The position numbers and the translations under genes are program-made. A DNA stretch of 64,000 nucleotides, taken from assembly GCA_030156615.1 (NCBI GenBank), contig JASGME010000001.1, forward strand, positions 13,881 to 77,880, given 5' to 3'. Under the pieces are notes generated by a model that was given only the letters and a program-made list of their open reading frames with translations, searched no databases and had not been told where the DNA came from. Source of the stretch: Candidatus Woesearchaeota archaeon (GTDB lineage Archaea > Nanobdellota > Nanobdellia > Woesearchaeales > UBA119). Below are positions 1 through 9,618 of this stretch, in pieces (within the stretch, counting starts at the first letter, position 1; each line of letters begins with the position of its first letter).

Positions 1-317
1 TGAATCTTTGCGGAAAGACAAGCATTCATGCATAATGGGCCAAGAGTATTCGTCCAGACTATATCGGATTGACTTATTGCTTTTGAAATTAGTCCTAAAG
101 AAGCTTTTGGGATCTGATAATCTCCTGCTTTCAACCTTGTTAGAGGAACCCTCAGGACTTCAACATTCTTAAAAGCAATTCCTTTTCCCATGAACATTGG
201 AGCAACTACTGTTATATCAAAGCTGTCGTTTATCCTAGGAATAAGCTCATACAAGAATCTCGCAACACCGTCCCATCTCGGTAAGAAAGAATCTGATACA
301 ATGAGCAGTTTCATCAT
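1..317 (-). CDS. Glycosyltransferase family 4 (N-terminal part only; the gene continues past the window start)
   Basis: My reverse translation of 317..1 gives MMKLLIVSDSFLPRWDGVARFLYELIPRIN..., which matches the N-terminal Rossmann region of GT4/GT-B glycosyltransferases (hhhVxxxxxPxxGGVxxxVxxL). The start codon overlaps the stop of the upstream LmbE-like gene by 4 nt (ATGA). Confidence 0.5.
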   Translation of the reverse strand, partial: MMKLLIVSDSFLPRWDGVARFLYELIPRINDSFDITVVAPMFMGKGIAFKNVEVLRVPLTRLKAGDYQIPKASLGLISKAISQSDIVWTNTLGPLCMNACLSAKI

Positions 318-1081
318 TTCACCTTGTAAAATTTCTCAGCAAATGGCTTTCCTATCCTAATTCCATTAAGGAACAGCCCTACATATATCCTAAAAAACAG
401 GCTAATCATACTTACCTTTTGACTTTTGAAACATTGCAATGCTTTTATCTTAGTTCCAACATACTTCGTTACATCTATGTAATAAGCAGGATGTTTTGTT
501 TTCTTTGATTCTATTAAGTTCCAGATGTCAAAGGTAAGAACCTCAGGATTATATCCATCAATTGATTCTATGGCTTCCATTGTTATCGTGAAAGTGTTCC
601 TGTGATCTTTATGGATATCGTCGTATGAATGTGTAAAAATCTTGGCTGGTTGATCCTTATTAATGATCTCCCTTAATTTTTGAAATGCCCCTTTCTTCCT
701 GTATTCTTCAAGGAAACTTCCTTCATTTAGATTAAAGAATATGACCTCTTTTGCTTTAATTACTCTTCCAGCCTCTTCAGATTCTTTTATTCTTGTTTTT
801 ACAGTATAGTTCTCCTTTTGAAGTGGATGACTTAGTTCTCCTTTTGATAATATAACTATTTTCACATCGTAACCTTCGTCTGCGAACTTTGCAAGAGATC
901 CTCCAGCTCCTATTATCTGATCGTCAGAATGAGCACATACAGCAAGTATCGCTTTATTTTTTTCATTATCATTTATCTTTACTTCTTTATTCTCCTCTTC
1001 TTTTACCTTTTTCTTTTCCTTATTCTTTTTAGAAGGGTTTGGCTTCATCTCCTCATTTTTTGTATTTGTTTTTCTGCTCAT
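314..1081 (-). CDS. LmbE/PIG-L family N-acetylglucosaminyl deacetylase with a Lys/Glu-rich N-terminal tail
   Basis: Zinc-binding PIG-L signature AHSDDQIIGAGG is present, and the second metal motif is HSYDDIHKDH. The ORF track runs to 1186, but the first 35 codons overlap the upstream gene. The Met at 1081 (MSRKTNTK...) is the likelier start. Confidence 0.65.
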   Translation of the reverse strand: MSRKTNTKNEEMKPNPSKKNKEKKKVKEEENKEVKINDNEKNKAILAVCAHSDDQIIGAGGSLAKFADEGYDVKIVILSKGELSHPLQKENYTVKTRIKESEEAGRVIKAKEVIFFNLNEGSFLEEYRKKGAFQKLREIINKDQPAKIFTHSYDDIHKDHRNTFTITMEAIESIDGYNPEVLTFDIWNLIESKKTKHPAYYIDVTKYVGTKIKALQCFKSQKVSMISLFFRIYVGLFLNGIRIGKPFAEKFYKVK

Positions 1082-1151
1082 TGTGCTTACAATGTCTCTT
1101 GTATTTAAAAAATTAGCTATTATTAGCGGCGAATTCCTTCTCTTTATATAT

Positions 1152-2165
1152 TCAGGATATGTTATCAAGAATAGAATGGGCATCAAATGCTTCCTTCTTC
1201 TTTGATATGAAATATTTCATTCTAAGGAAATCTGCCTCATTGTTTCCAATCCGGGCAATCCTGTCAACATATATCAATCCATAAGGGTAGCCAAGAAAAA
1301 CACCATCAATAGAATTAAGCATCAATTCATTAATGGCTTCTTTATTCTCTTGGCTTATCTCTGAAGAAGGATTTAAAAGGTCAATCCTGAAACACATTGC
1401 TGCTCTATTGTGAAGTCTTATGCAACCAGTCTTAAGTCCTTCATTGCCATAGAATAGAGGAAAATAAATCCAGGCATCATCTTCATATTTTTTCTTGCTT
1501 AGTTCAAATATTAAATCTATTGCATTATTTCCTTTATTTGTCTTCATTGAAGAACTCTTTGATATGCCTATTATGGCATTTTTGCTCTTGTTTTCTTTTA
1601 TCAATTCGCTGATTATTTCTTTATCATTTTTCTTAGGAAATAGAGAGCCATCAATGATTATCGTAGCTCTTATGTTCTCTTGAGAAAGAAATAATGCTAG
1701 GTTTAGCTCAAGCTCTCTTCTAAAATTGCCTATACTTTCTTCCCATTCCTCCGCATCAGAATCATCTTTAAGAGGGTTACTTAAGAAAGGAAACGAATCC
1801 TTTAATCTTATTCTAAAGGATTTTCCATCTTCTTCATTCCTATCAATCCTAGCTATGCTATTATATACCTTATTTTCATTTCTTTTATTGGCTGAAAATG
1901 AGGCATATGCAACCTTAATTGCATAAAACGCGGTTCTACCTTTTTTGTATAACTCCTGAATACCCCCGTCAATAAATATTAATTTTCTTCCATTGCTTTC
2001 TTTCGGTGCTTCCAATCTCTGAAAATCATTTCCTATCGGAAAGGTTTTTATTGCTTCTTCAGAGATTATAAACTCATTTTCAGCGTCTCCTTTTTCATAT
2101 GTATCCTCAAAGATATTTTTATAATATGATTCATCTAATGGCCCCATGAAGAAAGATATGTTCAA
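1152..2165 (-). CDS. Hypothetical protein, possibly a NurA-like nuclease fold
   Basis: Two hhhIDGS/G motifs (LIFIDGG, ATIIIDGSLFP) are reminiscent of the catalytic Asp motif of the NurA 5'-3' nuclease domain. Beyond that the sequence is divergent and has no other recognisable signature. Confidence 0.25.
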   Translation of the reverse strand: MNISFFMGPLDESYYKNIFEDTYEKGDAENEFIISEEAIKTFPIGNDFQRLEAPKESNGRKLIFIDGGIQELYKKGRTAFYAIKVAYASFSANKRNENKVYNSIARIDRNEEDGKSFRIRLKDSFPFLSNPLKDDSDAEEWEESIGNFRRELELNLALFLSQENIRATIIIDGSLFPKKNDKEIISELIKENKSKNAIIGISKSSSMKTNKGNNAIDLIFELSKKKYEDDAWIYFPLFYGNEGLKTGCIRLHNRAAMCFRIDLLNPSSEISQENKEAINELMLNSIDGVFLGYPYGLIYVDRIARIGNNEADFLRMKYFISKKKEAFDAHSILDNIS

Positions 2166-2230
2166 ATGATTTAAAAAGCTATGTGAAAGATTTATAAATT
2201 CAAAAGGAAACTTGATTTTGATGATGCTTA

Positions 2231-3367
2231 ATGATGAAAAAAAATCACGATAAGCTTTTTTTGGCTATATCCTTTTCAATTTTGGTTGTCTTTTTAGCCC
2301 AATTAGTGAGCTCTTCAGTTTCATATCCAGTATCATTCTCTCTGTTTGATTTATATACTAATTCAGAAATATCTGCAAACAAGGTCTTAATAACTGCAGA
2401 TTATGCCGATGATGGTTTTTCTAAAAGTTTTACTTTTGAAGCCCAAGATGAAGTCATCCCCCCAGTTGAATTAATACTGGAAGAAGGCAAATGGGACTTT
2501 TATATAACAGCAGACGATTTCTCAACCCCTCAGATAGATTATCAGATTATCCATTCTCTAAGGGTTGAAGCTCCTGTTTCACAAAGACTTTACCTCTTGG
2601 AGGTTGGGACTGTTAATGGCATTGTTAAAGACAAAGCAGGAAAACTTGTATCAGGAGCAAAGGTGAAATTTGAATGTGAAAGAACGAACTTTATTGGAGA
2701 GCTGGAAACAGACATCTTTGGAAGTTTTTCAACTAATATAGTTCCAGCAGGCAAATGCAAGGTCTTTGCATCATATCAGAATTCTGTAGGAATTAGTGAG
2801 ATCTTTGTTACTAAAGGAAATGTATCAGATGTTGAGATAACGCTGGATGAGGAAGTTGTTAGGAGAGGAGTTGGTTTTTATGCAATCCTTTTGACTTTGA
2901 TTGCAGTTTTGATTTTCATGGTGTTTTTCTTCATCTTTAGAAAGCATAAGAGAAAAAAAGATAATGAGGAGATGAAGGAAGACTCAGAAGATAAAAAAGG
3001 GAAGAAAGATAAGGAAAATAAAGATAAGGGATCTTCAAAATCACTTAGTCATGATTTGGATATAGATGATGATATTGAGCTTTCTGAAATTATTGATTAC
3101 TCTTTTAAAGAACAGCCAAAAAGCCTTCCAAAGAGAAGCATAGATATCTTAAATTCTCTTTCAGAAGGTGAGCAGAAAATTGTAAGGTTCATAATTGACC
3201 AAGGAAACCAGACAACACAGGCTCGCATAAACAGAATTGCAAAAATTCCGAAATCAACACTTCACAGAAACATTAAGACACTTGAAGAAAAAGGGATAGT
3301 AAAGATAGAAAAGAAAAATGGACGAAATTTAGTCTATTTGACCGATTATTTCCTTTCTGAGCATTAA
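2231..3367 (+). CDS. Membrane-anchored transcriptional regulator: signal-anchor, extracellular beta-sandwich domain, transmembrane helix, and cytoplasmic winged-HTH
   Basis: An N-terminal hydrophobic helix is followed by a CarbopepD_reg-like segment (VNGIVKDKAGKLVSGAKVKF..). A second transmembrane helix (FYAILLTLIAVLIFMVFFFIF) leads into a KE-rich linker. The C-terminal wHTH is GEQKIVRFIIDQGNQTTQARINRIAKIPKSTLHRNIKTLEEKGIV. Confidence 0.5.
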   Translation: MMKKNHDKLFLAISFSILVVFLAQLVSSSVSYPVSFSLFDLYTNSEISANKVLITADYADDGFSKSFTFEAQDEVIPPVELILEEGKWDFYITADDFSTPQIDYQIIHSLRVEAPVSQRLYLLEVGTVNGIVKDKAGKLVSGAKVKFECERTNFIGELETDIFGSFSTNIVPAGKCKVFASYQNSVGISEIFVTKGNVSDVEITLDEEVVRRGVGFYAILLTLIAVLIFMVFFFIFRKHKRKKDNEEMKEDSEDKKGKKDKENKDKGSSKSLSHDLDIDDDIELSEIIDYSFKEQPKSLPKRSIDILNSLSEGEQKIVRFIIDQGNQTTQARINRIAKIPKSTLHRNIKTLEEKGIVKIEKKNGRNLVYLTDYFLSEH

Positions 3368-3490
3368 AAAAGCAAAAATAGCAATTTAAATTCCTTTTTG
3401 AACGCTTTTGAACCTCTCTGCACACCTTGTTCTGAGTAACATATATAAATGAAATACGAGCCTATATTATTGCGTTTGGTTATTTAGATT

Positions 3491-3525
3491 GGGGATTAAA
3501 ATTCCCCTTTTTTTATTTTTATTAT
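3491..3525 (+). terminator. Hairpin (ggggattaaaattcccc) followed by a long T-tract
   Basis: A perfect 6-bp GC-clamped stem lies in AT-rich intergenic DNA downstream of the regulator gene and is followed by tttttttattttt. Archaeal termination typically uses oligo-T. Confidence 0.35.
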
Positions 3526-3594
3526 TCTCTTTTTTATGCTAATTTTTTCTTCTTTCTTAGGAATTTACGCAAGCCTCATGTTCAATCTCTTTAT

Positions 3595-4233
3595 ATGCTT
3601 TTTAAGAAGCCTTATATATGCAAGATTGTTTTATTTAAAAACATGATAAAAAGAATGAATAAAAGTAGGAAAACATGGGAAAGCTCAACAAGTTTATACA
3701 AGGAAATTCTTGTCTTTCTCCCAGTTTTTCTTCTAATTTCTTTATGCATTGTTCTATCTGAAGCATCAGATTTTATTCTATGGAAAGGAGCAAACTATTT
3801 TAATGATGAAGCTCTTTCATTAGAAGAATACGAAGAGATAAGAAATGGTTTTCTTGGTTCAAAATACGAGGTTTCGTTTTTTAACGAAAGAGAGAACCTT
3901 CATATGAACGATGTAGCTCGGCTGATAAAAACAGGTTCAATTCTTTTCTTAGCTTTCTTCGTCTTATTTATTATGCATTCTGAAAAGATTAAGAAAATAA
4001 GTTTTAAATCATCTTTTATTACTTTTCTCATTTTTATTATCTTTATTATTTTGTTCTTTCAAATCCTGTTTTCCAGTTTTCATAAATTGTTCTTTGAGGA
4101 AGGGAGCTGGCTTTTTCCTTCATCTTCTTTATTGATAAGAGCTTTCCCTTTTGATTTCTTTGTTTTAATGATCCTGCGGGCATTATTCTTAGGTTTCCTG
4201 CTTAGTTATGCAATATTAGCAAAAAGAGATTAA
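3595..4233 (+). CDS. Integral membrane protein, function unknown (one N-terminal and about three C-terminal transmembrane helices)
   Basis: Hydrophobic segments are FLPVFLLISLCIVL, ILFLAFFVLFIM, ITFLIFIIFIILFF and FFVLMILRALFLGFLL. The real start may be an internal Met. Confidence 0.4.
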   Translation: MLFKKPYICKIVLFKNMIKRMNKSRKTWESSTSLYKEILVFLPVFLLISLCIVLSEASDFILWKGANYFNDEALSLEEYEEIRNGFLGSKYEVSFFNERENLHMNDVARLIKTGSILFLAFFVLFIMHSEKIKKISFKSSFITFLIFIIFIILFFQILFSSFHKLFFEEGSWLFPSSSLLIRAFPFDFFVLMILRALFLGFLLSYAILAKRD

Positions 4234-4262
4234 TTTTTTGCACTTCTTTTTCTAAATAAACT

Positions 4263-5447
4263 TTAATCCTTGATTATCTTTCCATATTCTCCATCGTAGC
4301 CCGGCTTTATCATTAACCTATCGGATCTTTGAGCTTGAATAAGCTGAGCAATTCCCTTTCCAGCTATGCTTTCAATCTTCTTAATATCTTCAAAAAGCAG
4401 GATATTGTATTCATTGCCTAGATTTCTTATTAGGAATTCATAATCATCAATGACGCTTTTAGTCATAACTCCTTTACCTTTATGAAACGCTATTATTTCC
4501 GCGAGAGGCAGGCTTTTTACAAAAGGATGGCTATGCTCAGGTTTTCCATTGTCTCTATCTGAAAGTTCTTCAACCCTGTTCAATACCCCTATTGTTAAAG
4601 GCCTATGGCATATTGGACATATGCCATCAAGTTCTTTTGTTCTCTCATAAGAGCATGAAAAGTTGCATTTTCTATGGCCGTCAAAATGATATTTTCCGTA
4701 AGCTGGATCCACTTCAAGAGTCAAAACTACTTTCTTCTCTTTTATTGCTTTGATTAAACTATCATAGCTTTTCTCTTCTAAGTCAAACAATGTTGCCTCT
4801 CTTCCAAGACGATGAGGCCAATATGAATGCGCATCTGAGAAAGAGACAAGTTCGTATCTATCAAGAGCAGAGATTTTCCAATTCATCTCTGGATCTGAGG
4901 AAAGTCCTGTCTCAAGAGCATGTATATACTCAGTCATAGAGCCAAAGCATTCTTCAATTGAATCAAATCCTGATTTTGAGCCGAACAATCCAAACCATGG
5001 AGTCCATATATGAGCAGGAATAATCTCCATGGCTTCATCAATTTTCTTCATTTCTTTAACAAACCTTTCTGCATCTAGATTTATCGTAGGTCTTCCATCA
5101 GCTTCAATATTGCAATACAAAGAGAAAAATGAAGCAATTCTTTTAGAGCAGTTTAAAGAAGGCGATAAAAGCAAGAGATGAATCTTTCTAAGTTTTCCTC
5201 CCTTGTTAAAAACCAGATTCACCTCTGTTTGAAGCACGAAATAAAACTCATCATTTGTTTTTAGGAGTCCTTTTTCTTCTTTCAGATTAGATAATTCTTT
5301 AAGCCATCTCGGATGTGTGAAATCTCCTGTGCCGAGCAGGCCAATCCCCTTTTTTAGAACAGAATCCTCGAGATTTTTAAGCGTAATCTTCTTTGATGTC
5401 CCTTTAGAATATCTTGAATGAATGTGAAGGTCTGCAAATATCTTCAT
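4263..5447 (-). CDS. PHP-domain metal-dependent phosphoesterase with a C-terminal Cys cluster, endonuclease Q-like
   Basis: The N-terminus MKIFADLHIHSRYSKG...GLLGTGDFTHP is the PHP motif-I region. A C-terminal Cys-rich segment (HRKCNFSCSYE...CPICHRP) resembles the EndoQ-type Zn finger. Length is 394 aa. Confidence 0.5.
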   Translation of the reverse strand: MKIFADLHIHSRYSKGTSKKITLKNLEDSVLKKGIGLLGTGDFTHPRWLKELSNLKEEKGLLKTNDEFYFVLQTEVNLVFNKGGKLRKIHLLLLSPSLNCSKRIASFFSLYCNIEADGRPTINLDAERFVKEMKKIDEAMEIIPAHIWTPWFGLFGSKSGFDSIEECFGSMTEYIHALETGLSSDPEMNWKISALDRYELVSFSDAHSYWPHRLGREATLFDLEEKSYDSLIKAIKEKKVVLTLEVDPAYGKYHFDGHRKCNFSCSYERTKELDGICPICHRPLTIGVLNRVEELSDRDNGKPEHSHPFVKSLPLAEIIAFHKGKGVMTKSVIDDYEFLIRNLGNEYNILLFEDIKKIESIAGKGIAQLIQAQRSDRLMIKPGYDGEYGKIIKD

Positions 5448-5456
5448 CTTATGTCC

Positions 5457-6632
5457 CTAACCAAGCCATTTCTCTTTAAACCTTTTAAATCTATTGTTCT
5501 CTATAGCATCTCTAATATCATTCATTAACTTCTCCATAAAATAGAGATTATGATAAGAAGCAATAGCATAAGCAGAAAATTCTTTTGCCTTAAATAAATG
5601 ATTTAAATAGCTCTTTGAATACCTTTTGCACATCTTGCAATCGCAATTCTCGTCTATTGCAGACTTGTCTCCTGCGAATCTGTTATTTGTAATCTTTATC
5701 CTGAATTTATTCTTCCTGTTTCCTCCTGATTCTGGAGTTATTAGAATATAGCCGGCTCTTCCTATCATTGTAGGACTTACACAATCAAAGCTGTCTATGC
5801 CATAAGATACCGATTCTATTATATCTTCAATAGCTCCTATCCCTAAAAGATGGACAGGCTTTTCCTTATCTAAGAAAGGTTGAAGCCAACCAAGCGTTTC
5901 GTACATCTTGTTCCTTCCAAAAGAACCACCAATTCCAAATCCGTCAAAATCCATTGATGTTATCGCTTTTGCGCTCCTTTCCCGTAATTCCCGGAATAAT
6001 CCTCCTTGGATTATTCCATAGATTGCTTGACTGCTTTTTTTCTCTTTATGAAAGGCTAGGCATCGTTTAGCCCATCTCTCTGTTCTTTCAGCTGCTTCCT
6101 TTGTTTCATCATAATCTGCTGAAGGTGGATTGCATTCGTCTAAAGCAAGTATTATATTTGCTCCTATGTCGTGCTGGATTTCAATAGATTTCTCAGGACT
6201 GAGAAGGTGTAAGCTCTTGTCATATATCGATCTAAAATAAACTCCTTCTTCGCTAATCTTTGCTATTGAAGCCTCCTTTGATGGCTTTTTTTCAATCTCG
6301 TATTCAAACTTGGATCTTCCAAGAATTGCTCCTTTTCCTAAGCTGAATGCCTGAAAACCACCACTATCGCTCATGAATGGTTTTCTTATCCCGGAAAATT
6401 TCTGAATTCCTCCAAATTCTCTTATTATTTCAGCTCCCGGTCTAAGACTTAGATGATATGTGTTTGCGATGAGCATCTGAATCATAAGCTCTTCAATATC
6501 AAAAGCAGTTAGACTTTTTATGGCTGCCTTAGTAGCAACAGGAACAAATGCAGGTGTTTTAACTACAAAGTCATCTATCTTGATTTCGCCAACTCTGGCT
6601 CCTCCTTCCTTTTTAATTACATTAAATTCCAT
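5457..6632 (-). CDS. tgt: tRNA-guanine transglycosylase family protein, catalytic (beta/alpha)8 core only
   Basis: TGT motifs LIANTYHLSLRPG, DSGGFQAFSLG and LGIGAIEDI are present, with a zinc subdomain CDCKMCKRYSKSYLNHL. At 391 aa it has no C-terminal PUA-type domains. Confidence 0.7.
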   Translation of the reverse strand: MEFNVIKKEGGARVGEIKIDDFVVKTPAFVPVATKAAIKSLTAFDIEELMIQMLIANTYHLSLRPGAEIIREFGGIQKFSGIRKPFMSDSGGFQAFSLGKGAILGRSKFEYEIEKKPSKEASIAKISEEGVYFRSIYDKSLHLLSPEKSIEIQHDIGANIILALDECNPPSADYDETKEAAERTERWAKRCLAFHKEKKSSQAIYGIIQGGLFRELRERSAKAITSMDFDGFGIGGSFGRNKMYETLGWLQPFLDKEKPVHLLGIGAIEDIIESVSYGIDSFDCVSPTMIGRAGYILITPESGGNRKNKFRIKITNNRFAGDKSAIDENCDCKMCKRYSKSYLNHLFKAKEFSAYAIASYHNLYFMEKLMNDIRDAIENNRFKRFKEKWLG

Positions 6633-6773
6633 CTTTTTTACTTCTTTTGTTTAGTTAGATTTATAGAAAAATCAGGATTCTTTTAACATTTGTGATTTAT
6701 CTTTTATTATTCTAAAGTCTTTTCTCATTACTCTCATTAATCAACAGAAAGCATCTAAAGAACTCTTGTACTT

Positions 6774-8660
6774 TTATTTATTCTTGTCAACACTAAACAA
6801 GAAGTCCACAAGCTCTATGTATGTGCTAGCCGAGAATGCCTGAGCAAATGCTCCGTTGCTTGATTGCTCTTCAGCATCGCTTAGCTCTGATGCATAGCCA
6901 ATTGAATGCTCAAATAAGATGTCGTATGTTGAAGCACTCAGGATCTTTGCTATATATTTTCCATATCTCTTCTTATCAAAATGTCCAAGGACAATTGCTG
7001 CAATATTATTCATGAAATACCATGAATCACCTCTATGATAGCTTGCTGAATCTTCTCCTGTGTGTCTTGAATGAAACAACTTTGATTTCTTTGATATTGT
7101 CGCAAAGCCTCCCCAATCAAGCCATAGCTCATCAAAAGCGTTCGTAAAGCATAGCCTCCACTGATGCTCTTCAAGCAAAGTAGGACAGAAATAATAAGCT
7201 AAAAAGATGTTAGGTCTGAGCCAAGGATTCTTAAGATTGTCAACCAAATACGAACCATTCCAGAATTCTTGCCTCGTCTTGTTTTTAATCTCAGTTGCAA
7301 TTTCGCTGTACTTCTTCTCCGAAGTAAGCCAATTCATTTTTTCAGCAAGATATATTATCATGGCCTGAATTTCTATATTGAATCCTTCCCTTTCATCAAT
7401 CTGATAAACAGAATCCATCCATGTTTCGTTTGAATTTGAATGAATTAGTCCATCCCTTAGATAATATCGTAAAATGGCGTCAAGCTCTCTTTTAGATAGC
7501 TCAATGAATTTTTCCATCTCTTTCTTTTTGAACGGAGCTTTTTTGTTGATTTTATAATCCCCTTCTCTACTTAGGAAAGTATCAAAGATTCTCTTGAATA
7601 TGAATGGAAAAGCATCTATACTGAATATGCCTTCTTTAGCATTCAGATTTGTTTTTATCTTACCATTTATCATCTGACTGAGCATACGAATTGCCAGTTC
7701 CAATCCTTTCTGCTTGTCTTCTTTTAATAGCCAATACAATGAGATTGCTTCATCCCTTGCCCATTCATCATAGAACCAGGGAATTCCTGCCATAATGAAT
7801 CTATTATCTACATTTAATATCTTCATATTTCTCTCCGCGAGTGAGTAAGCAAAATCAAGATGTGGTGATTCTAAGCCATAGTTAGGCAACTGCTCAAGAC
7901 TTTGTTCTAATTTATCAAATTTTGAAAATAATTTCTTTGCCTTTTTAAGAGCATAATCCCTGTTTCTGCTAGGCACAATAACGATTTTATCAGTCCAGAA
8001 AGACAATGGACAATACACATACCTTTTGAAAGGAGGAGAATTTCTTATCATATCATATTCATAATTCATCTCTTTCCATTCATCAATGCTTTTGGAAGAA
8101 CCAGAAAAGGCAATGGCAATAAACAACTCAAATTCCTTCCCGCCCTCACTTTCATCTTCTCTTTTATCTGTTATCTTTTTGAAATGTATTAATGCAATAT
8201 TTCCATTAACTTCATATTCATAAATCCTGCCCCATTCTCTGTTATCAAACACTTTTTTAACATCGAAGTGAGGCTTTACTACTTCATAAGCGTCAAGTTT
8301 TAAAAATAATGCCCTTGCATCTTCTGGCATAAAATAATTTTCTATAATTGATTCATGCTTTAAGCTAACCTTTCTTTTTTCTATGATAGTATCACTAATA
8401 GATTCATCTGCCTCAGGAAGCTCAATTGAATCAATAATCTTAAATAATTGGTTATCTGTAGTGCTGTGCCAAAAGAATCCATCATATCTGCTCTTCAAAG
8501 ATAAAGGTCTTGAAAAGAAACAGCCCCCCTCATCACCTAAAAGAATCCTTGAGTTTTCTTTAGCTTCTACAAATAAACTCTTTTTGTTTCCTTTATATTC
8601 AACATCAATCAATTGAACCACCTCTATAAAATAATGCGGCATCTTCAGGAGCGACAACAT
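6774..8660 (-). CDS. Glycogen debranching enzyme-like (amylo-alpha-1,6-glucosidase, GDE C-terminal (alpha/alpha)6 barrel type)
   Basis: Segments include GIPWFYDEWARDEAISLYWLL, WLRPNIFLAYYF and GDSWYFMNNIAAIVL. Length 628 aa is typical of archaeal GDE_N+GDE_C proteins. It sits in the glycogen cluster. Confidence 0.5.
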   Translation of the reverse strand: MLSLLKMPHYFIEVVQLIDVEYKGNKKSLFVEAKENSRILLGDEGGCFFSRPLSLKSRYDGFFWHSTTDNQLFKIIDSIELPEADESISDTIIEKRKVSLKHESIIENYFMPEDARALFLKLDAYEVVKPHFDVKKVFDNREWGRIYEYEVNGNIALIHFKKITDKREDESEGGKEFELFIAIAFSGSSKSIDEWKEMNYEYDMIRNSPPFKRYVYCPLSFWTDKIVIVPSRNRDYALKKAKKLFSKFDKLEQSLEQLPNYGLESPHLDFAYSLAERNMKILNVDNRFIMAGIPWFYDEWARDEAISLYWLLKEDKQKGLELAIRMLSQMINGKIKTNLNAKEGIFSIDAFPFIFKRIFDTFLSREGDYKINKKAPFKKKEMEKFIELSKRELDAILRYYLRDGLIHSNSNETWMDSVYQIDEREGFNIEIQAMIIYLAEKMNWLTSEKKYSEIATEIKNKTRQEFWNGSYLVDNLKNPWLRPNIFLAYYFCPTLLEEHQWRLCFTNAFDELWLDWGGFATISKKSKLFHSRHTGEDSASYHRGDSWYFMNNIAAIVLGHFDKKRYGKYIAKILSASTYDILFEHSIGYASELSDAEEQSSNGAFAQAFSASTYIELVDFLFSVDKNK

Positions 8661-9567
8661 TTACATAACTTCCACTAAGCTCAACCCCTCCCCAGATTGA
8701 TAACCTGGGATGAATCTCAATATGCAAATGGAGATTTAAATTTTTTGGACTTTGTATCAATTCTATATTATAAGGACTGTTAAGCAGTTTAAGTTTTTTA
8801 AGTATGAATAAAATGTGCTCTGACAATTCATCAAAATTTTGTTCAATTTCCTCAAGGAATCTAACATGTTTCTTTGGAAATATTAATGCTTCATAGTTGT
8901 TTATAGATGCATATGGAGTAAACGAAACAAAGTTTCCAGTTTCAATAATTCTCCTCGCTGAGTTTCTTTCAATGCTGATAATACGACAATATTCACAACT
9001 TCCATAGCGATTACTCTTTATTGTCTTTTCATAAATCTCTTTAGGAATATGATTCATTCCGATTATTTGCGAATGAGAATGAGCCAAGGAAGTTCCTGCT
9101 TCCTTTCCATGATTCTTGAATGGCAATACATACCTTATTTTATCATTTTGATACACTCTCCTGCTTTCTGACATAAAGACTCTAAGCAGATTTGAAACCC
9201 TCCAGATGTCAGAATCCCAAAGTTGCATATTGTGTTTTGGCATTTCTACAACAACTTCATGAATACCAAATGCATTTGAATATGCAAAGAAGTTATCATC
9301 TGTGTTGATATCAGCTTCTCCATCTTCTTTCGTAATAGGAAATTTATTCTCAAACCAGCGTAATTCCCATCCATCATTTCCATTGATTCTCCCTATCTCT
9401 GGAGGCGTCATTCCTTCGTTGCCTCTGCAAAAAGGACAATTCTCATTGTACTCTTTTTCTTCTATTGTTTCGTTTGATTTGGGATTTACAAAATCCTTAG
9501 GCCTTCTGGATCTGTTTGTAGCAATAAATACAAACCTGTCCAGCAGATAATCTTTTCTTAGTTCCAT
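8605..9567 (-). CDS. galT: Galactose-1-phosphate (hexose-1-P) uridylyltransferase, HIT superfamily
   Basis: Zinc knuckle CPFCRGNEG is followed by the HIT-type motif HSHSQI (H-x-H-x-Q). Confidence 0.7.
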   Translation of the reverse strand: MELRKDYLLDRFVFIATNRSRRPKDFVNPKSNETIEEKEYNENCPFCRGNEGMTPPEIGRINGNDGWELRWFENKFPITKEDGEADINTDDNFFAYSNAFGIHEVVVEMPKHNMQLWDSDIWRVSNLLRVFMSESRRVYQNDKIRYVLPFKNHGKEAGTSLAHSHSQIIGMNHIPKEIYEKTIKSNRYGSCEYCRIISIERNSARRIIETGNFVSFTPYASINNYEALIFPKKHVRFLEEIEQNFDELSEHILFILKKLKLLNSPYNIELIQSPKNLNLHLHIEIHPRLSIWGGVELSGSYVNVVAPEDAALFYRGGSID

Positions 9568-9618
9568 TTTTGATTTCTCCTGCTTTAATCTTAATTAATC
9601 TTTTTTTATTTTCCAGTT

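Noticed and set aside
1495-1926. Short antisense ORFs (1495..1683, 1726..1926) inside the 1152..2165 gene, and similar antisense ORFs inside most large genes (e.g. 8383..8616, 10587..10911, 21183..21411, 34264..34848, 56347..56670)
   Set aside because: They have low-complexity, hydrophobic or Ser/Leu-rich translations typical of the antisense of AT-rich coding DNA, carry no motifs, and are always nested in a better-supported gene.
8605-8660. 56-nt overlap between the debranching-enzyme start and the GalT 3' end
   Set aside because: This is probably an over-extended ORF-track start for 6774..8660. An internal Met (MPHYF...) a few codons in would remove most of the overlap. It is not evidence of a frameshift.
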